Origin: an uncultured delta proteobacterium
GTDB taxonomy: Bacteria; Myxococcota; Myxococcia; Myxococcales; Anaeromyxobacteraceae
Direction of reading: 5' to 3'
Length of the DNA stretch: 64,000 nucleotides
Assembly (NCBI GenBank): GCA_963814585.1
Contig: CAWFDF010000004.1
Location: forward strand, 128,001-192,000
Position 1 is the first letter of the stretch; every line of letters starts with the position of its first letter. The position numbers and the translations under genes were made by a program. Positions 10,550-20,210 of the stretch are shown here, piece after piece. The notes below the pieces were generated by a model, which saw only the letters and a list, made by a program, of their open reading frames with translations, searched no databases and was not told the origin of the DNA.

Positions 10550-13404
10550 CTACCCGCCGTTGGCGACGGTGGTCGCCTGCCGGTTGAGGATGCGGGGGGT
10601 GATGAAGATGAGCAGCTCGGTGTGATCGTCGGAGTTGACGTCGGTCCGGAAGAAGAAGCCGAGGATGGGGATGCTGCCGAAGAAGGGCACCTGGCTGCGC
10701 CGGTTGGCGGTCTGCCGCGTGAAGATGCCGCCGATGACGGTGGTCTCGCCGTCCTTCACCAGCACCTCGGTCTCGGCCTCCCGCTTGGAGATGGAGGGCT
10801 GGCCGTTGGCGCCGGTCAGCTGCGGGTTGGGCTGGTTGTTGGTGGCCTTGATCTTGAGGAGGATCGAGCCGTCGGCCGAGACGTGCGGGGTCACCTTGAG
10901 CTCCAGCTTGGCCTCGATGAAGGTGGTGTTCACGCCCGAGGCGCTCACCTGGGAGAAGGGGATGCTGATGCCCTGCCCGATGGTGGCCTCCCGGTTGTCG
11001 ATGGTGGCCACCCGGGGCGACGAGATGGTCTTGATGTGGCCGTTGTTCTCCAGCGCCGAGAGCCGCAGGTTGAGGTTGAAGGCGCCGCCGGCCGAGCCGA
11101 AGACCAGGCCGATGCCGCCGCCGGAGCCCTGGCCGATGGCGGCCGGCAGGTTGACCGCGTACTGCGGGTTGGCGGCGGTGCCGGTGGTCGGGCCGCCGCC
11201 CGCCCCGCCCGCGCCCGAGGCGATGTTGGGGAAGGCCAGGCCGGTCGGGTTGCCGAAGGCCTGCGACATGGAGGCGTTGCCGCCCCACTGGACGCCGATC
11301 TCCTTGTTGAAGTTGGACGAGGCCTCGACGATGCGGCTCTCGATCAGCACCTGCGGGATCGGCGTGTCGAGGTTGCGCACCAGCCCCTCGGCCCGGGTGA
11401 GCGCCGCCTGCGTGTCCTTGACGATGAGGACGTTGGTCCGCTCGTCGGTGGAGACGCTGCCGCGCTCGGTGAGCACGTCCTTGATGCGGCCGGACATGTC
11501 GCCGGCGCGGGCGAAGTTGACCGGGATGATCCGGACCTTGAGCGGGATGAGCGGCTTGCGCGCCTCGGCCGCCTTGGCCTGGGCCTCCTGCTCCTTGGCG
11601 ATGTCCTCCAGCTTGGCGACGCGGATGATGTTTCCCAGCTCCTCCTTGCCCAGCCCCTTGGAGCGGAGCACCAGGTCGAGCGCCTGGTCCCAGGGGACGT
11701 TGCGCAGGGAGACGGTCACCTTGCCGCTGACGTCGTCCGCCACCACCATGTTCTTCCTGGAGACGTCGGCGATGAGCCGCAGCAGGTTGCGGATCTCGAT
11801 GTCGTGGAACTCCAGGCTGATGCGCCGGCCGGAGTACCCCCTCCGCGGGGCGGCGCCACCGGAGGCAGGGGCAGCGCCCTCGGCGGCGGCGCCGGCCGCG
11901 CCCGACTCGGCGGCGCTGGCGCTGGTCTCGTCGGAGAGCATCACCGGCTCCTCGTCCTTCGGGGCGGCGGCGACGGCCGGCTCGGCGAAGGTCCAGGTGA
12001 GCCCGTCGCCGCGCTCGGCGAGGGCGTCGGCGGTGGGTCCGCGCAGGGTGGCCACGATCTTCACCTGGCCCGTGGAGGGCTGGTTGAAGGAGGAGATCAT
12101 CATCACCGGGCCGCCGAAGGCGCTGGTGTCGAGCGACCGCTCCAGCTTGCGCGGCAGCTCGGCCGCCTCCAGCGAGAGGACCACGGTGCGGGCGTCGGGG
12201 CGGGTGACGGTGTGCCGGGCGCTCCCCACCACCTCGATCCGCGAGGTCCCGTTGGCGTGGCTGAACTTCACGTCGCTGATCCGCGCCCGCTTCGGCGCGG
12301 CGGCCTTGGTCGCCACCGGGGCGACGACCGCAGGCGCCGCGGCCACGGGCGTGGCCACGCCCATGGCGGGAGCCGCTGGAGTGGCCGCGGGGGGGCGGCA
12401 GGCTTCGTCCTGACCGTGGCCGAGGCGGCGGCGACCGCCGACGGCTTCGGGCTGGACGGAGCGGGCGTCGCGGCGCCCCGGGGCGTCACCGCGATGCCGC
12501 CGGCGACGCGCTTCACCTGGTAGGCCGGCAGGTCGCCGGCCACGTCGAGGACCACGCGCACCTTGCTGGCGTCGCGGCCGAAGCGGACCTGGCCGAAGGC
12601 CCCGTCCAGCTTCACCGCGCCCCTGGGCGCCCTGGCGACGCCGTGCAGGTCGAGGGCGAGGCGGGCCGGGTTCCTCAGCTCGATGATGTCGATGGTGCCG
12701 ACGTCCCCGTCGGTGGCCAGCAGCAGCCCACGGCCGGAGGCCTTCACGCCGGTGACGGCGCTGGCGGCGTGCTTGACCGGGGCCTCGTCGGTGCGGCGGG
12801 AGACCACGTTGTCGTCGGCGGGCGTGGACGGCGCCGGCACCACCACCGGGGCGGCGGCCTGGGCCACCGGTTCGGCCGGCGCAACCACCGGGGCCTTGAC
12901 CTCGGCCTGGATCGGCGCCGCGGCCTCCACCTCACGGGCCTTCGGCGCCGCTGGAGGCTCGGCCGGAGGCGCCGCGGCCAGCGCGGCAGGCGTCGCGGAG
13001 GCCTCGGGCGAGAGCACCCGGACCACCACCGCCTCGCCGCGCTCCTGCACCTCGTAGCGGCGGGCGCCGTCGAGGGCGACGATGACCCGCCCCACCGTGC
13101 TCCGCTCGTCCTTGTACTGGGCGGTGGAGACGGCCAGCACGCCGCCCTTCCCCACCTGGACCGGGGACGCCACCGCGGTGACGTCGGCGCCGGCCAGGTC
13201 GACCACCAGCCGCGGCGGGTCCTGCAGCTTGAAGACCGTGTACGACGGAGGCCGCGACCCGCGGATGGCCAGCTCCACCGCGCCGCCCTGCTCGGCGACG
13301 TCGATGGAGCGGATGGCATTGGCGTCGGCGGCTCGGGCCGGGGAGGCCACCGCGAGGGCGCCCCACAGCGAGATGCCGGCCAGGCGCTTGAGGTGGTTGT
13401 TCAT
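10550..13404 (-). CDS. pilQ: T4aP secretin PilQ with AMIN domains (one frameshift at the G7 run 12389-12395)
   Basis: ATG at 13404 (MNNHLKRLAG...) with AMIN motifs (DPPRLVVDL, NPARLALDL). The second frame 10550..12364 carries the secretin domain (VPWDQALD, QVLIESRIVE, VPFFGSIPILG, ELLIFITPRI). Confidence 0.92.
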
Positions 13405-13937
13405 GGCGACTCCTCGAGGTTGATGACTTCCGGCTTGGGAAGGCTGAGCACGGTCTGGGTCCGGTCGCGGGTGCCGTCGGCGCGGGTGACCCACTCGGCC
13501 ACCACCAGCTGGCCGCTGCGGACGGCGGCGACGCTGCCGCCGTTCTTGCCGATGCAGGAGCCGCGGCGCACCGTGTAGCCGGTGCCGTTGGGCGCCTGGA
13601 CCATGGCCACCGGGTCTTCCAGGCCAGTGATGACGGCCACCAGCCTGAACTGCTCCAGCTCGTAGCGGCCGAGCGGGGTGGCGCAGCGGGTGACCAGCGC
13701 GGCGCCGGCGCCGCGGCTCTCGGCCAGGAAGCTGCGGAACGGATCGCGCTTGCCCACCGACGAGTAGGACCAGGTCTCGGCCGGCTTGGTCTCACCCTCA
13801 CCGGCCGGGGCGGCCGGCCTGGCGGCCTCCGGGGGGCGGGCGGCGGGCGCTGCGGCAGGGGGCGCCGCCGGCTTGGGCTTGTCGCAGGCCGCGGCCAGCA
13901 GCAGCGCGGCGAGCGCGGTCAGGCGGAGGCGGGTCAC
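13401..13937 (-). CDS. pilP: T4aP lipoprotein PilP
   Basis: Lipobox LAAAC, GKRDPFRSF, PLGRYELEQFRLVAVI; overlaps pilO and pilQ. Confidence 0.93.
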   Translation of the reverse strand: MTRLRLTALAALLLAAACDKPKPAAPPAAAPAARPPEAARPAAPAGEGETKPAETWSYSSVGKRDPFRSFLAESRGAGAALVTRCATPLGRYELEQFRLVAVITGLEDPVAMVQAPNGTGYTVRRGSCIGKNGGSVAAVRSGQLVVAEWVTRADGTRDRTQTVLSLPKPEVINLEESP

Positions 13938-14563
13938 TTGGCCCCCCCCTTCCCGGCGCCGGGCGGGTTCTTGGCCTGGTTGACGAACATGAAGGTGGTG
14001 ACCAGGAACTTGGAGTCCACCACCAGCTTGCCGCCCACGTCCTTGGGCGTGAGCAAGGAGATGTCGCTCACGTTGACGATGCGGCGCAGTCGCCCCAGCG
14101 AGTCGAAGAAGGTGGCGATCTCGTGGAAGTTGCCGGTGACCGTCATGGAGATGGGGATGCGTGCGTAGAAGCCCTCGGGCTTCTCCGCCTCCGGCGTGAT
14201 GGTGGCGATCTCCAGCCCGGCCTTCTGGGCCCGATCCTGGAAGAGCTGGAGCAGCTCGTCGATGTTCTTCTCCTCGGGCAGCTCCGACAGCGCCTCGGCC
14301 AGCCGCTGCTCGAGCAGCTCCTTCTCCTTGCGGAAGCGGTTCAGGTCGTTGGCGATGGCCTGCTTCTCGGTGTAGTCGCGCTCCAGCCGGGCCTGCTCGA
14401 CGATGGCCTTCTTGATGCGGGTCTCGACCTCCGAGACGGGGGGGCCGTAGGGCAGCGAGAAGACGAAGTAGGTGAGGGCGGTCACCAGCACCAGCACGCC
14501 GGCCACCACGCCGATCTTGAGCCCGAGGGGCGCCTTGGCGATCCGTTCGATGAGCTGTTCCAT
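13934..14563 (-). CDS. pilO: T4aP alignment protein PilO
   Basis: N-terminal TM, coiled coil, FYARIPISMTVTGNFHEIATFF, LRRIVNV. Confidence 0.95.
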   Translation of the reverse strand: MEQLIERIAKAPLGLKIGVVAGVLVLVTALTYFVFSLPYGPPVSEVETRIKKAIVEQARLERDYTEKQAIANDLNRFRKEKELLEQRLAEALSELPEEKNIDELLQLFQDRAQKAGLEIATITPEAEKPEGFYARIPISMTVTGNFHEIATFFDSLGRLRRIVNVSDISLLTPKDVGGKLVVDSKFLVTTFMFVNQAKNPPGAGKGGAK

Positions 14564-14567
14564 CGCC

Positions 14568-15152
14568 CTAGCCCTTCTTCCCCGGCGCCGCCTCGGCCGC
14601 CAGCGGGTTGTACATGGCCGTGGCGGTGATCTCGAAGTTCACCAGCCGGTCGGAGCGCCCCGCGCCCTTCACGGCGGTGGTCTTCCTCAGCTCCACCTTG
14701 GTGAAGAACTTCGACTGCTTCAGCCTGGTCATGAACTCGGAGACGTCGTCGATGCTCACCGCCGCGCCGGTGAAGCTCATGGCGCCGTTCTTCTCGTCGA
14801 GCTTGGTGAGCCAGAGCTGGCGTGGCGTCACCGTGGCCAGCTCGTCGAGCATCCGGACCGGCCCGCTGCGCCCCTGCTTCAGCTTGTCGAGGACGTCGAG
14901 CTTCTTCTGCAGCTCCTGCTGGGCGTCCTTGATGTTCCTCACCTCGCCGATGATGCGCTCGAGCTGGGCGATGTCCTCGCGGGTGCGGGCCAGCTTGGCC
15001 TCGCGGGCCTTGAGGTCCCCGGCCCGCGACGAGGCCCAGAGCCAGTTGCCGAGGAGGCCGGCCACCAGCACGGCGGCCACGATGGCGAGCTGCTGCTTGC
15101 CCGCCTCCTTCTTCTTCGAAACCCGGACTGGGAGTAGGTTGATCCGGACCAT
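14568..15152 (-). CDS. pilN: T4aP alignment protein PilN
   Basis: MVRINLLP PilM-binding motif, TM, coiled coil. Alternative GTG start at 15158. Confidence 0.95.
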   Translation of the reverse strand: MVRINLLPVRVSKKKEAGKQQLAIVAAVLVAGLLGNWLWASSRAGDLKAREAKLARTREDIAQLERIIGEVRNIKDAQQELQKKLDVLDKLKQGRSGPVRMLDELATVTPRQLWLTKLDEKNGAMSFTGAAVSIDDVSEFMTRLKQSKFFTKVELRKTTAVKGAGRSDRLVNFEITATAMYNPLAAEAAPGKKG

Positions 15153-15154
15153 GG

Positions 15155-16213
15155 TCACTTGTCCCCGGGCCGGCGCAGCGCCAGCCCGACCCCGACCGCC
15201 GCCGCCGGCGCGCCGGCCAGGATGGCCGCCGGGTCGAACTTGCGGTGGTCGATCTCGATGTTCTTGAAGGGGTTGAGGATCTCGACCGGCACCGCGGCCC
15301 GCGCCTCGATGACCTTGAAGAGGGCCGGGATGCGCGCCGTGCCGCCGGAGAGGAAGACCCGGGAGACGCGGGCGTCGGCGGCCGAGGAGGCGAAGAAGTC
15401 GAGCGACCGCTGGATCTCGCCGCCCATCTGCTCGGCGACCCCCTGGATGACCCGCTCCACCTCCTGCGGCACCACCGCGTCGGTCTCCCCCTGCCCGCCC
15501 ACCTTGAGGGCCTCGGCCTCGTCGTAGGAGATGCCGAGCTGCTTCTGGATCTCCTCGGTGAAGGCGTTGCCGCCCATGGTGATGTCACGGGTGAAGGAGG
15601 TGACGCCGCGGGTGAGGATGTTGATGTTGGCCACCGCGGCGCCCACGTTGATGAGCACCACCGTGTCGGTGGGCGACAGCGGGTAGCTGGCCTCGAAGGC
15701 GTTCTGGACCGCGAAGGCGTCCACGTCGACCACCGTGGCGGTGAGGCCGGCCTCGGCGCAGACCGAGGAGTAGTCGTTGATCATGTCCTTCTTGGCGGCC
15801 ACCAGCAGCACGTCCATCTGGCCGGCGGCATCCCCCTCGGGCGTGAGGATCTGCGTGTCGATGTTCACGTCCTTCACGTCGTAGGGGATGTACTGCTCCG
15901 CCTCCCAGAGGATCGACTCGTCCAGCTCCTCCTGGGTCATGCGCGGCATCTGGATCTTCTTGATGATGACCGAGTGGCCGCGGACGCCGATGGCCACCTC
16001 GCGGGTCTTCACCCGCTGGGCGGCGATCAGCTCCTGGATGGCCTGGACGATGGCGGCCGAGTTCATCAGGCTGCCGTCGACGATGGCCTCGGGGGGCAGC
16101 GGCGCGGTGCCGTAGGCCACCAGGGAGTAGCCGCCCTTCTTCTCCTTGAGCTGGACGAGCTTGACGCTCGAGGACCCGATGTCGAGCCCGACCGCGAGCT
16201 TGCTGCGGCTCAT
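15155..16213 (-). CDS. pilM: T4aP actin-like protein PilM
   Basis: ATG at 16213: MSRSKLAVGLDIGSSSVKLVQL; EAEQYIPY, VLLVAAKK, VGLALR. Confidence 0.95.
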   Translation of the reverse strand: MSRSKLAVGLDIGSSSVKLVQLKEKKGGYSLVAYGTAPLPPEAIVDGSLMNSAAIVQAIQELIAAQRVKTREVAIGVRGHSVIIKKIQMPRMTQEELDESILWEAEQYIPYDVKDVNIDTQILTPEGDAAGQMDVLLVAAKKDMINDYSSVCAEAGLTATVVDVDAFAVQNAFEASYPLSPTDTVVLINVGAAVANINILTRGVTSFTRDITMGGNAFTEEIQKQLGISYDEAEALKVGGQGETDAVVPQEVERVIQGVAEQMGGEIQRSLDFFASSAADARVSRVFLSGGTARIPALFKVIEARAAVPVEILNPFKNIEIDHRKFDPAAILAGAPAAAVGVGLALRRPGDK

Positions 16214-16476
16214 GACGCCCGCCCCTTCCTGCCGCCCCCGAACACCTTGGCCCGGTCCGACGGGGTCATCCCCAGCGCCAGGATGATCTTCCGCTTGGTG
16301 TCCACCCGGCAGGCCTGGCCGGCCTCGATGCGCGCCACGGTGAGCGGGGAGACGCCGGCCTTGCGCGCCAGCTCCGCCTTGGTGAGGAGCTGATCCTCGC
16401 GCAGGCGCTGCAGGTTGTTGGCCGGGCGGCGCGGGGCTTCCGCGCGGACGGCGCTCTTCGGAGATGGAGGAGCCAT
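16210..16476 (-). CDS. XRE-family helix-turn-helix protein
   Basis: NNLQRLREDQLLTKAELARKAGVSPLTVARIEAG is a classic HTH_3 pattern. Its stop overlaps the pilM start (ATGA). Confidence 0.85.
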   Translation of the reverse strand: MAPPSPKSAVRAEAPRRPANNLQRLREDQLLTKAELARKAGVSPLTVARIEAGQACRVDTKRKIILALGMTPSDRAKVFGGGRKGRAS

Positions 16477-16562
16477 GCGAGAAGGACGCTACGCGATCGA
16501 TCCCGATCGGATCAAGAAAGCGTCCGGCGGCGATATCGCATGTGTGGGGTATTCGATGCGTC

Positions 16563-16596
16563 CGGGACGCACAGTGATGCATCATTGTGCGTCCCG
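16563..16596. repeat. 34-bp near-perfect palindrome between pilR2 and the HTH-pilM operon
   Basis: CGGGACGCACAGTGATGCATCATTGTGCGTCCCG; 16 of 17 symmetric pairs are complementary. Confidence 0.85.
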
Positions 16597-16628
16597 ACGT
16601 GTTCCCGGTGGCCGCGCCGGGCCACCCG

Positions 16629-17999
16629 TCACCCCAGGCCGTATTCCTTGATCTTGTAGAGCAGCGCCCGGTAGGAGAGCTCGAGCAGCTCGGCGGCCCG
16701 CGTCCGGTTGCCGCCGGTCCGCGCCAGGGCCTCCCGGATCAGGCGCTCCTCCAGCGCTCGCGTGGCCCGCTTCACCGAGAGGTCGTCGCCAGGGGGTGGC
16801 TGGCCCGAGGTGGTCGCCGGCGAGGGCGCCCGCACGGCGTCGGGCAGGTCCTCCTCTCGGATGACCGGCCCGTCGGCCAGCACCACCGCCCGCTCCACCG
16901 CGTGCATCAGCTCCCGCACGTTGCCCGGCCAGCGGTGGGCGCGCAGCCGCTCCAGCGCCTCGAGCGAGAAGTCGATTCCGCCCACCTCGGGCCGGAGCGG
17001 CGCGAAGCGGGCCAGGAAGTGGCGCGCCAGGGGCTCGAGATCCTCCAGCCGCTCGCGCAGCGCCGGCAGCCGGATCCCCACCACGGCCAGCCGCCAGTAG
17101 AGGTCCTCCCGGAACTGGCCGGCCGACACCGCCTGCGCCAGGTCTCGCGCCGAGGCCGCCACCACCCGGACGTCCACCTTCACCGACCGCGTGTCCCCCA
17201 CCGGCCGCACCTCCTCCTCCTGGAGGAAGCGGAGCAGCTTCACCTGGAGCGGAAGGGGCAGGTCGCCGATCTCGTCGAGGAAGAGGGTCCCGCCGTCGGC
17301 CTCGAGGGCCAGCCCCTTCTTGGACCGCACCGCGTCGGTGAAGGCGCCGCGGGCGTGGCCGAACAGCTCGGTCTCCAGCAGCTCGCCGGGGATGGCGCCG
17401 CAGTTGACCGCCACGAAGGGCATGGCCGCGCGCGGCGACCGCTCGTGGAGCGCCCGGGCCACCAGCTCCTTGCCGGTCCCGGACTCGCCGTGGAGGAGGA
17501 CGGTGGTCTTCTGCGGCGCCACCTTCTCGACCTGGCGCAGCACCGCCTGCATCGGCGGGCTGGCCCCCACGATGGCGTCGGAGGGGAACCCCGCCCGCAG
17601 CTCGGTCCGGAGCCTGCGGTTCTCCCGGGTCAGCCGCTCGCGCTCCTCGGCCTTGCGCAGGCAGAGCAGCACGTCGTCGGGCTTGAAGGGCTTGGGCAGG
17701 AAGTCGTAGGCGCCGGCCTTCATGGCCTCGATGGCGGCGTCGTGGGAGCCGTAGGCGCTCATGACGATGACCGTGGCGCCCGGCTGGCGTTCCTGGATGG
17801 CGCGCGTCAGTGCGATGCCGTCCATCCGCGGCATGCGAACGTCGGTGAGCACCACGTCGTAGTCGCGGGCCTTGAGCTCCTCGAGCGCGGCCTCGGCGCC
17901 GCCGACGGCGCGCACCTGGTAGCCGCGGTCGGCGAGGATCACGGTGAGCAGGTGGCGCATCGACGCTTCGTCGTCGACGACGAGGACGTTCTGGAGCAC
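16629..17999 (-). CDS. pilR2: Sigma54-dependent NtrC-family response regulator, PilR2-like
   Basis: Receiver domain, GESGTGKE, GAFTDA (GAFTGA variant), Fis-type HTH; lies upstream of pilM. Confidence 0.85.
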   Translation of the reverse strand: MLQNVLVVDDEASMRHLLTVILADRGYQVRAVGGAEAALEELKARDYDVVLTDVRMPRMDGIALTRAIQERQPGATVIVMSAYGSHDAAIEAMKAGAYDFLPKPFKPDDVLLCLRKAEERERLTRENRRLRTELRAGFPSDAIVGASPPMQAVLRQVEKVAPQKTTVLLHGESGTGKELVARALHERSPRAAMPFVAVNCGAIPGELLETELFGHARGAFTDAVRSKKGLALEADGGTLFLDEIGDLPLPLQVKLLRFLQEEEVRPVGDTRSVKVDVRVVAASARDLAQAVSAGQFREDLYWRLAVVGIRLPALRERLEDLEPLARHFLARFAPLRPEVGGIDFSLEALERLRAHRWPGNVRELMHAVERAVVLADGPVIREEDLPDAVRAPSPATTSGQPPPGDDLSVKRATRALEERLIREALARTGGNRTRAAELLELSYRALLYKIKEYGLG

Positions 18000-18008
18000 G
18001 GGCCGAGT

Positions 18009-20210
18009 CTAGCGCGTGTCCCCGGGCGCCGCGACGGTCCCGCCTGACCGGACCATGGACTCCGCGATCTCGATGGGCCGTTCCGGTCCGTTCCCGACCC
18101 GGAGGCGCCCCGGCGCGGTCTGGATGGTCCGGGTGGCCAGGTCGGTGGGGAGCGGCACCCGCAGCTGCCAGCGCCCGTCGGGCCCGGCGTCGGCGAAGGC
18201 GCGCCACGTGTGCGGCCGCCCATGCTCGCGCAGCGGGATCTCCAGCACCACGCGCGAACCCCTGGGCGCCCGCCCGGTCAGCTCGGCCCCGGCCACCACC
18301 TCGTAGAGCCAGATCACCGGCAGCGGTGACCTCAGCCCCTGCACGGTCCGGGTGGCAGCCAGGATCGGCATGAGCCGGCCGAAGTGGCGGACGTCGAGCG
18401 CCGGGACCCCGGAGCCGCCGATGAGGAGCGGGGCCGAGGGCGCGCCACGCAGCCAGCGCGGATCGAACTCGCCGCCGGAGAACGGGATGGGGGCGTCGGC
18501 GCTGCGCACCCGGCCGAAGAGGTTGGCCGCCCCGGCCACCACCCACCCGACCCGCCGTCCCGCCAGCCACGGAAGCAGCGCCTCTTCACTGGCCCGGTAC
18601 GCTCCGACCGTCTCCCAGTAAGCGGCCGGGTCCGGGTACGGGCCGAAGCCGGTCACCACCACCGGCCGGCCGGCCAGCACCAGCACCTCGTTGGCCAGGT
18701 CCCACGGGGTCATCACGCCCGGGTTCAGGCCAACGGGCCGGCCCCGCAGCTCGCGCGCCACCTCCACCATGGCGTTGGGGATCGGGTCCCGCGCGGTGCC
18801 GAGCGCCGCTCGAGCCGAAGGGTCGAGCAGGGCCAGCGCCGCGACCAGGGGGGCCAGGGCGGCCAGCCGGCCCGCTCTCCCGAGCCGGCCGGCCATCCAG
18901 CCGAGTGACAGCCCCGCGACGACGGCGAGGATCGGGACGAAGACCCTCCCGAAGCGCCCCTGCAGGAGGGTCAGCCCGGCGAGCGCCGACGCCATCCAGA
19001 GGAATCCCGCGGCCCGCGCGGGCGAGGCCACGTGGATGGCCCACCAGCCCAGCGGCAGGGCCAGCGGAGCGGCGAGGCCGACGACCCCGAAGTAGCGGGT
19101 CACGCCGGCGACGGGTCCGCCCGGGAAGGCGAGCGGCGACTGGAACTCGTCGATGGTGCGCAACCATGGATCGGCCTTGAGGATCCATTCTCGCAGCCCG
19201 GCGACGGCCTGCACCATCCCCTGGGGGACCATCACCACACAGAGCGTCAGCAGCGCCGCCAGGCCGGCCCCCATGGCCGCCACGCGCCGCCGGCCGGGCG
19301 CCACGCGCGCGCCGACCGCGGCCACCGCGCAGATCGCCAGGCCAGCGGCCGCCAGCAGCAGCGGCTGGAGCCAGGACGGGAAGCCGAAGGCGAAGGTGCG
19401 ACCGTGGGCGGCCACGGCCGGCGCCGAGGCCGCCGACGCCAGCGCGGCGCCGAGCAGCAGCCCGGGGCCGCCGCTCCCCAGCATGGCCGGGTGCTCCCGC
19501 GCCAGCACGGCGCCCAGGAGCAGCGGGACCACCAGCGCCACGTAGAGCGGCGAGCCGGTGAAGACCAGCATGGCCCCACCGGCGATGGCGCCACCGGCCA
19601 GCTCGTGGAAGAGGCGCCAGCGGAGCGTCTGCTCGCTCCAGGGCGGGAGGGGGCCCAGCGCCCAGCGGGCCAGCAGGAGCATCGAGAGCGCCTCGGCGAC
19701 GTGGTGATCGATCAGGCCATAGCGGGAGCTCACCACGGTCTGTGGCAGGACCGCGGCGAGGATTCCCGCTGCCAGCGCGGCCGACCGCCTTCCCGGTCCC
19801 TCCGGGCCGAGCAGGAGCGCCAGCTCGACCACGGCCGCCACCACGGCCACGCCGAGCACCGGGCAGAGCGCCGCCACCCACAGATCGGCACTGGCCGCAC
19901 CCCCCGCGATTCGCCCCAGGACGATGAGGAGGGCGCCGAGCAGGTCGAAGCCGGCCGCCCACGGGATGGGAGCGCCAGCCGGCCAGGCGATGTGCGGATC
20001 GATCCAGGGCACGCCGGGGAACTGGTCGGCGATGAGCCGCATGCGGTGCAGGTGATAGAGCGAGTCTCCGTCCAGCGTCACCAGCTCGCCGTCGCTGAAG
20101 GCGGTCGGCGCGCCGACGAGCCGCAGCGCGAGGGCGACCACCAGCAGCGCCGCCACGGCCGCGGCGAAGGCCAGCCGCTCTCGCCGGCCGTCGGCTGCGC
20201 CAGCGGTCAC
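18009..20210 (-). CDS. STT3/AglB-like oligosaccharyltransferase (733 aa)
   Basis: GTG at 20210 after GGAGG, overlapping the pilS2 stop. Motifs DGDSLYHLHR, WIDPHIAWPAGAPIPW, DHHVAE, TIDEFQSP, QGRF, GVMTPWDLA...GRPVV. Many TM segments and an AglB-like C-terminal beta domain (LYEVVAGAELTG...WQLRVP). Confidence 0.8.
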   Translation of the reverse strand: MTAGAADGRRERLAFAAAVAALLVVALALRLVGAPTAFSDGELVTLDGDSLYHLHRMRLIADQFPGVPWIDPHIAWPAGAPIPWAAGFDLLGALLIVLGRIAGGAASADLWVAALCPVLGVAVVAAVVELALLLGPEGPGRRSAALAAGILAAVLPQTVVSSRYGLIDHHVAEALSMLLLARWALGPLPPWSEQTLRWRLFHELAGGAIAGGAMLVFTGSPLYVALVVPLLLGAVLAREHPAMLGSGGPGLLLGAALASAASAPAVAAHGRTFAFGFPSWLQPLLLAAAGLAICAVAAVGARVAPGRRRVAAMGAGLAALLTLCVVMVPQGMVQAVAGLREWILKADPWLRTIDEFQSPLAFPGGPVAGVTRYFGVVGLAAPLALPLGWWAIHVASPARAAGFLWMASALAGLTLLQGRFGRVFVPILAVVAGLSLGWMAGRLGRAGRLAALAPLVAALALLDPSARAALGTARDPIPNAMVEVARELRGRPVGLNPGVMTPWDLANEVLVLAGRPVVVTGFGPYPDPAAYWETVGAYRASEEALLPWLAGRRVGWVVAGAANLFGRVRSADAPIPFSGGEFDPRWLRGAPSAPLLIGGSGVPALDVRHFGRLMPILAATRTVQGLRSPLPVIWLYEVVAGAELTGRAPRGSRVVLEIPLREHGRPHTWRAFADAGPDGRWQLRVPLPTDLATRTIQTAPGRLRVGNGPERPIEIAESMVRSGGTVAAPGDTR

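Noticed and set aside
15155..16585. 476-aa extended PilM
   Set aside because: The extension overlaps the HTH gene out of frame; PilM homology starts at the ATG at 16213.
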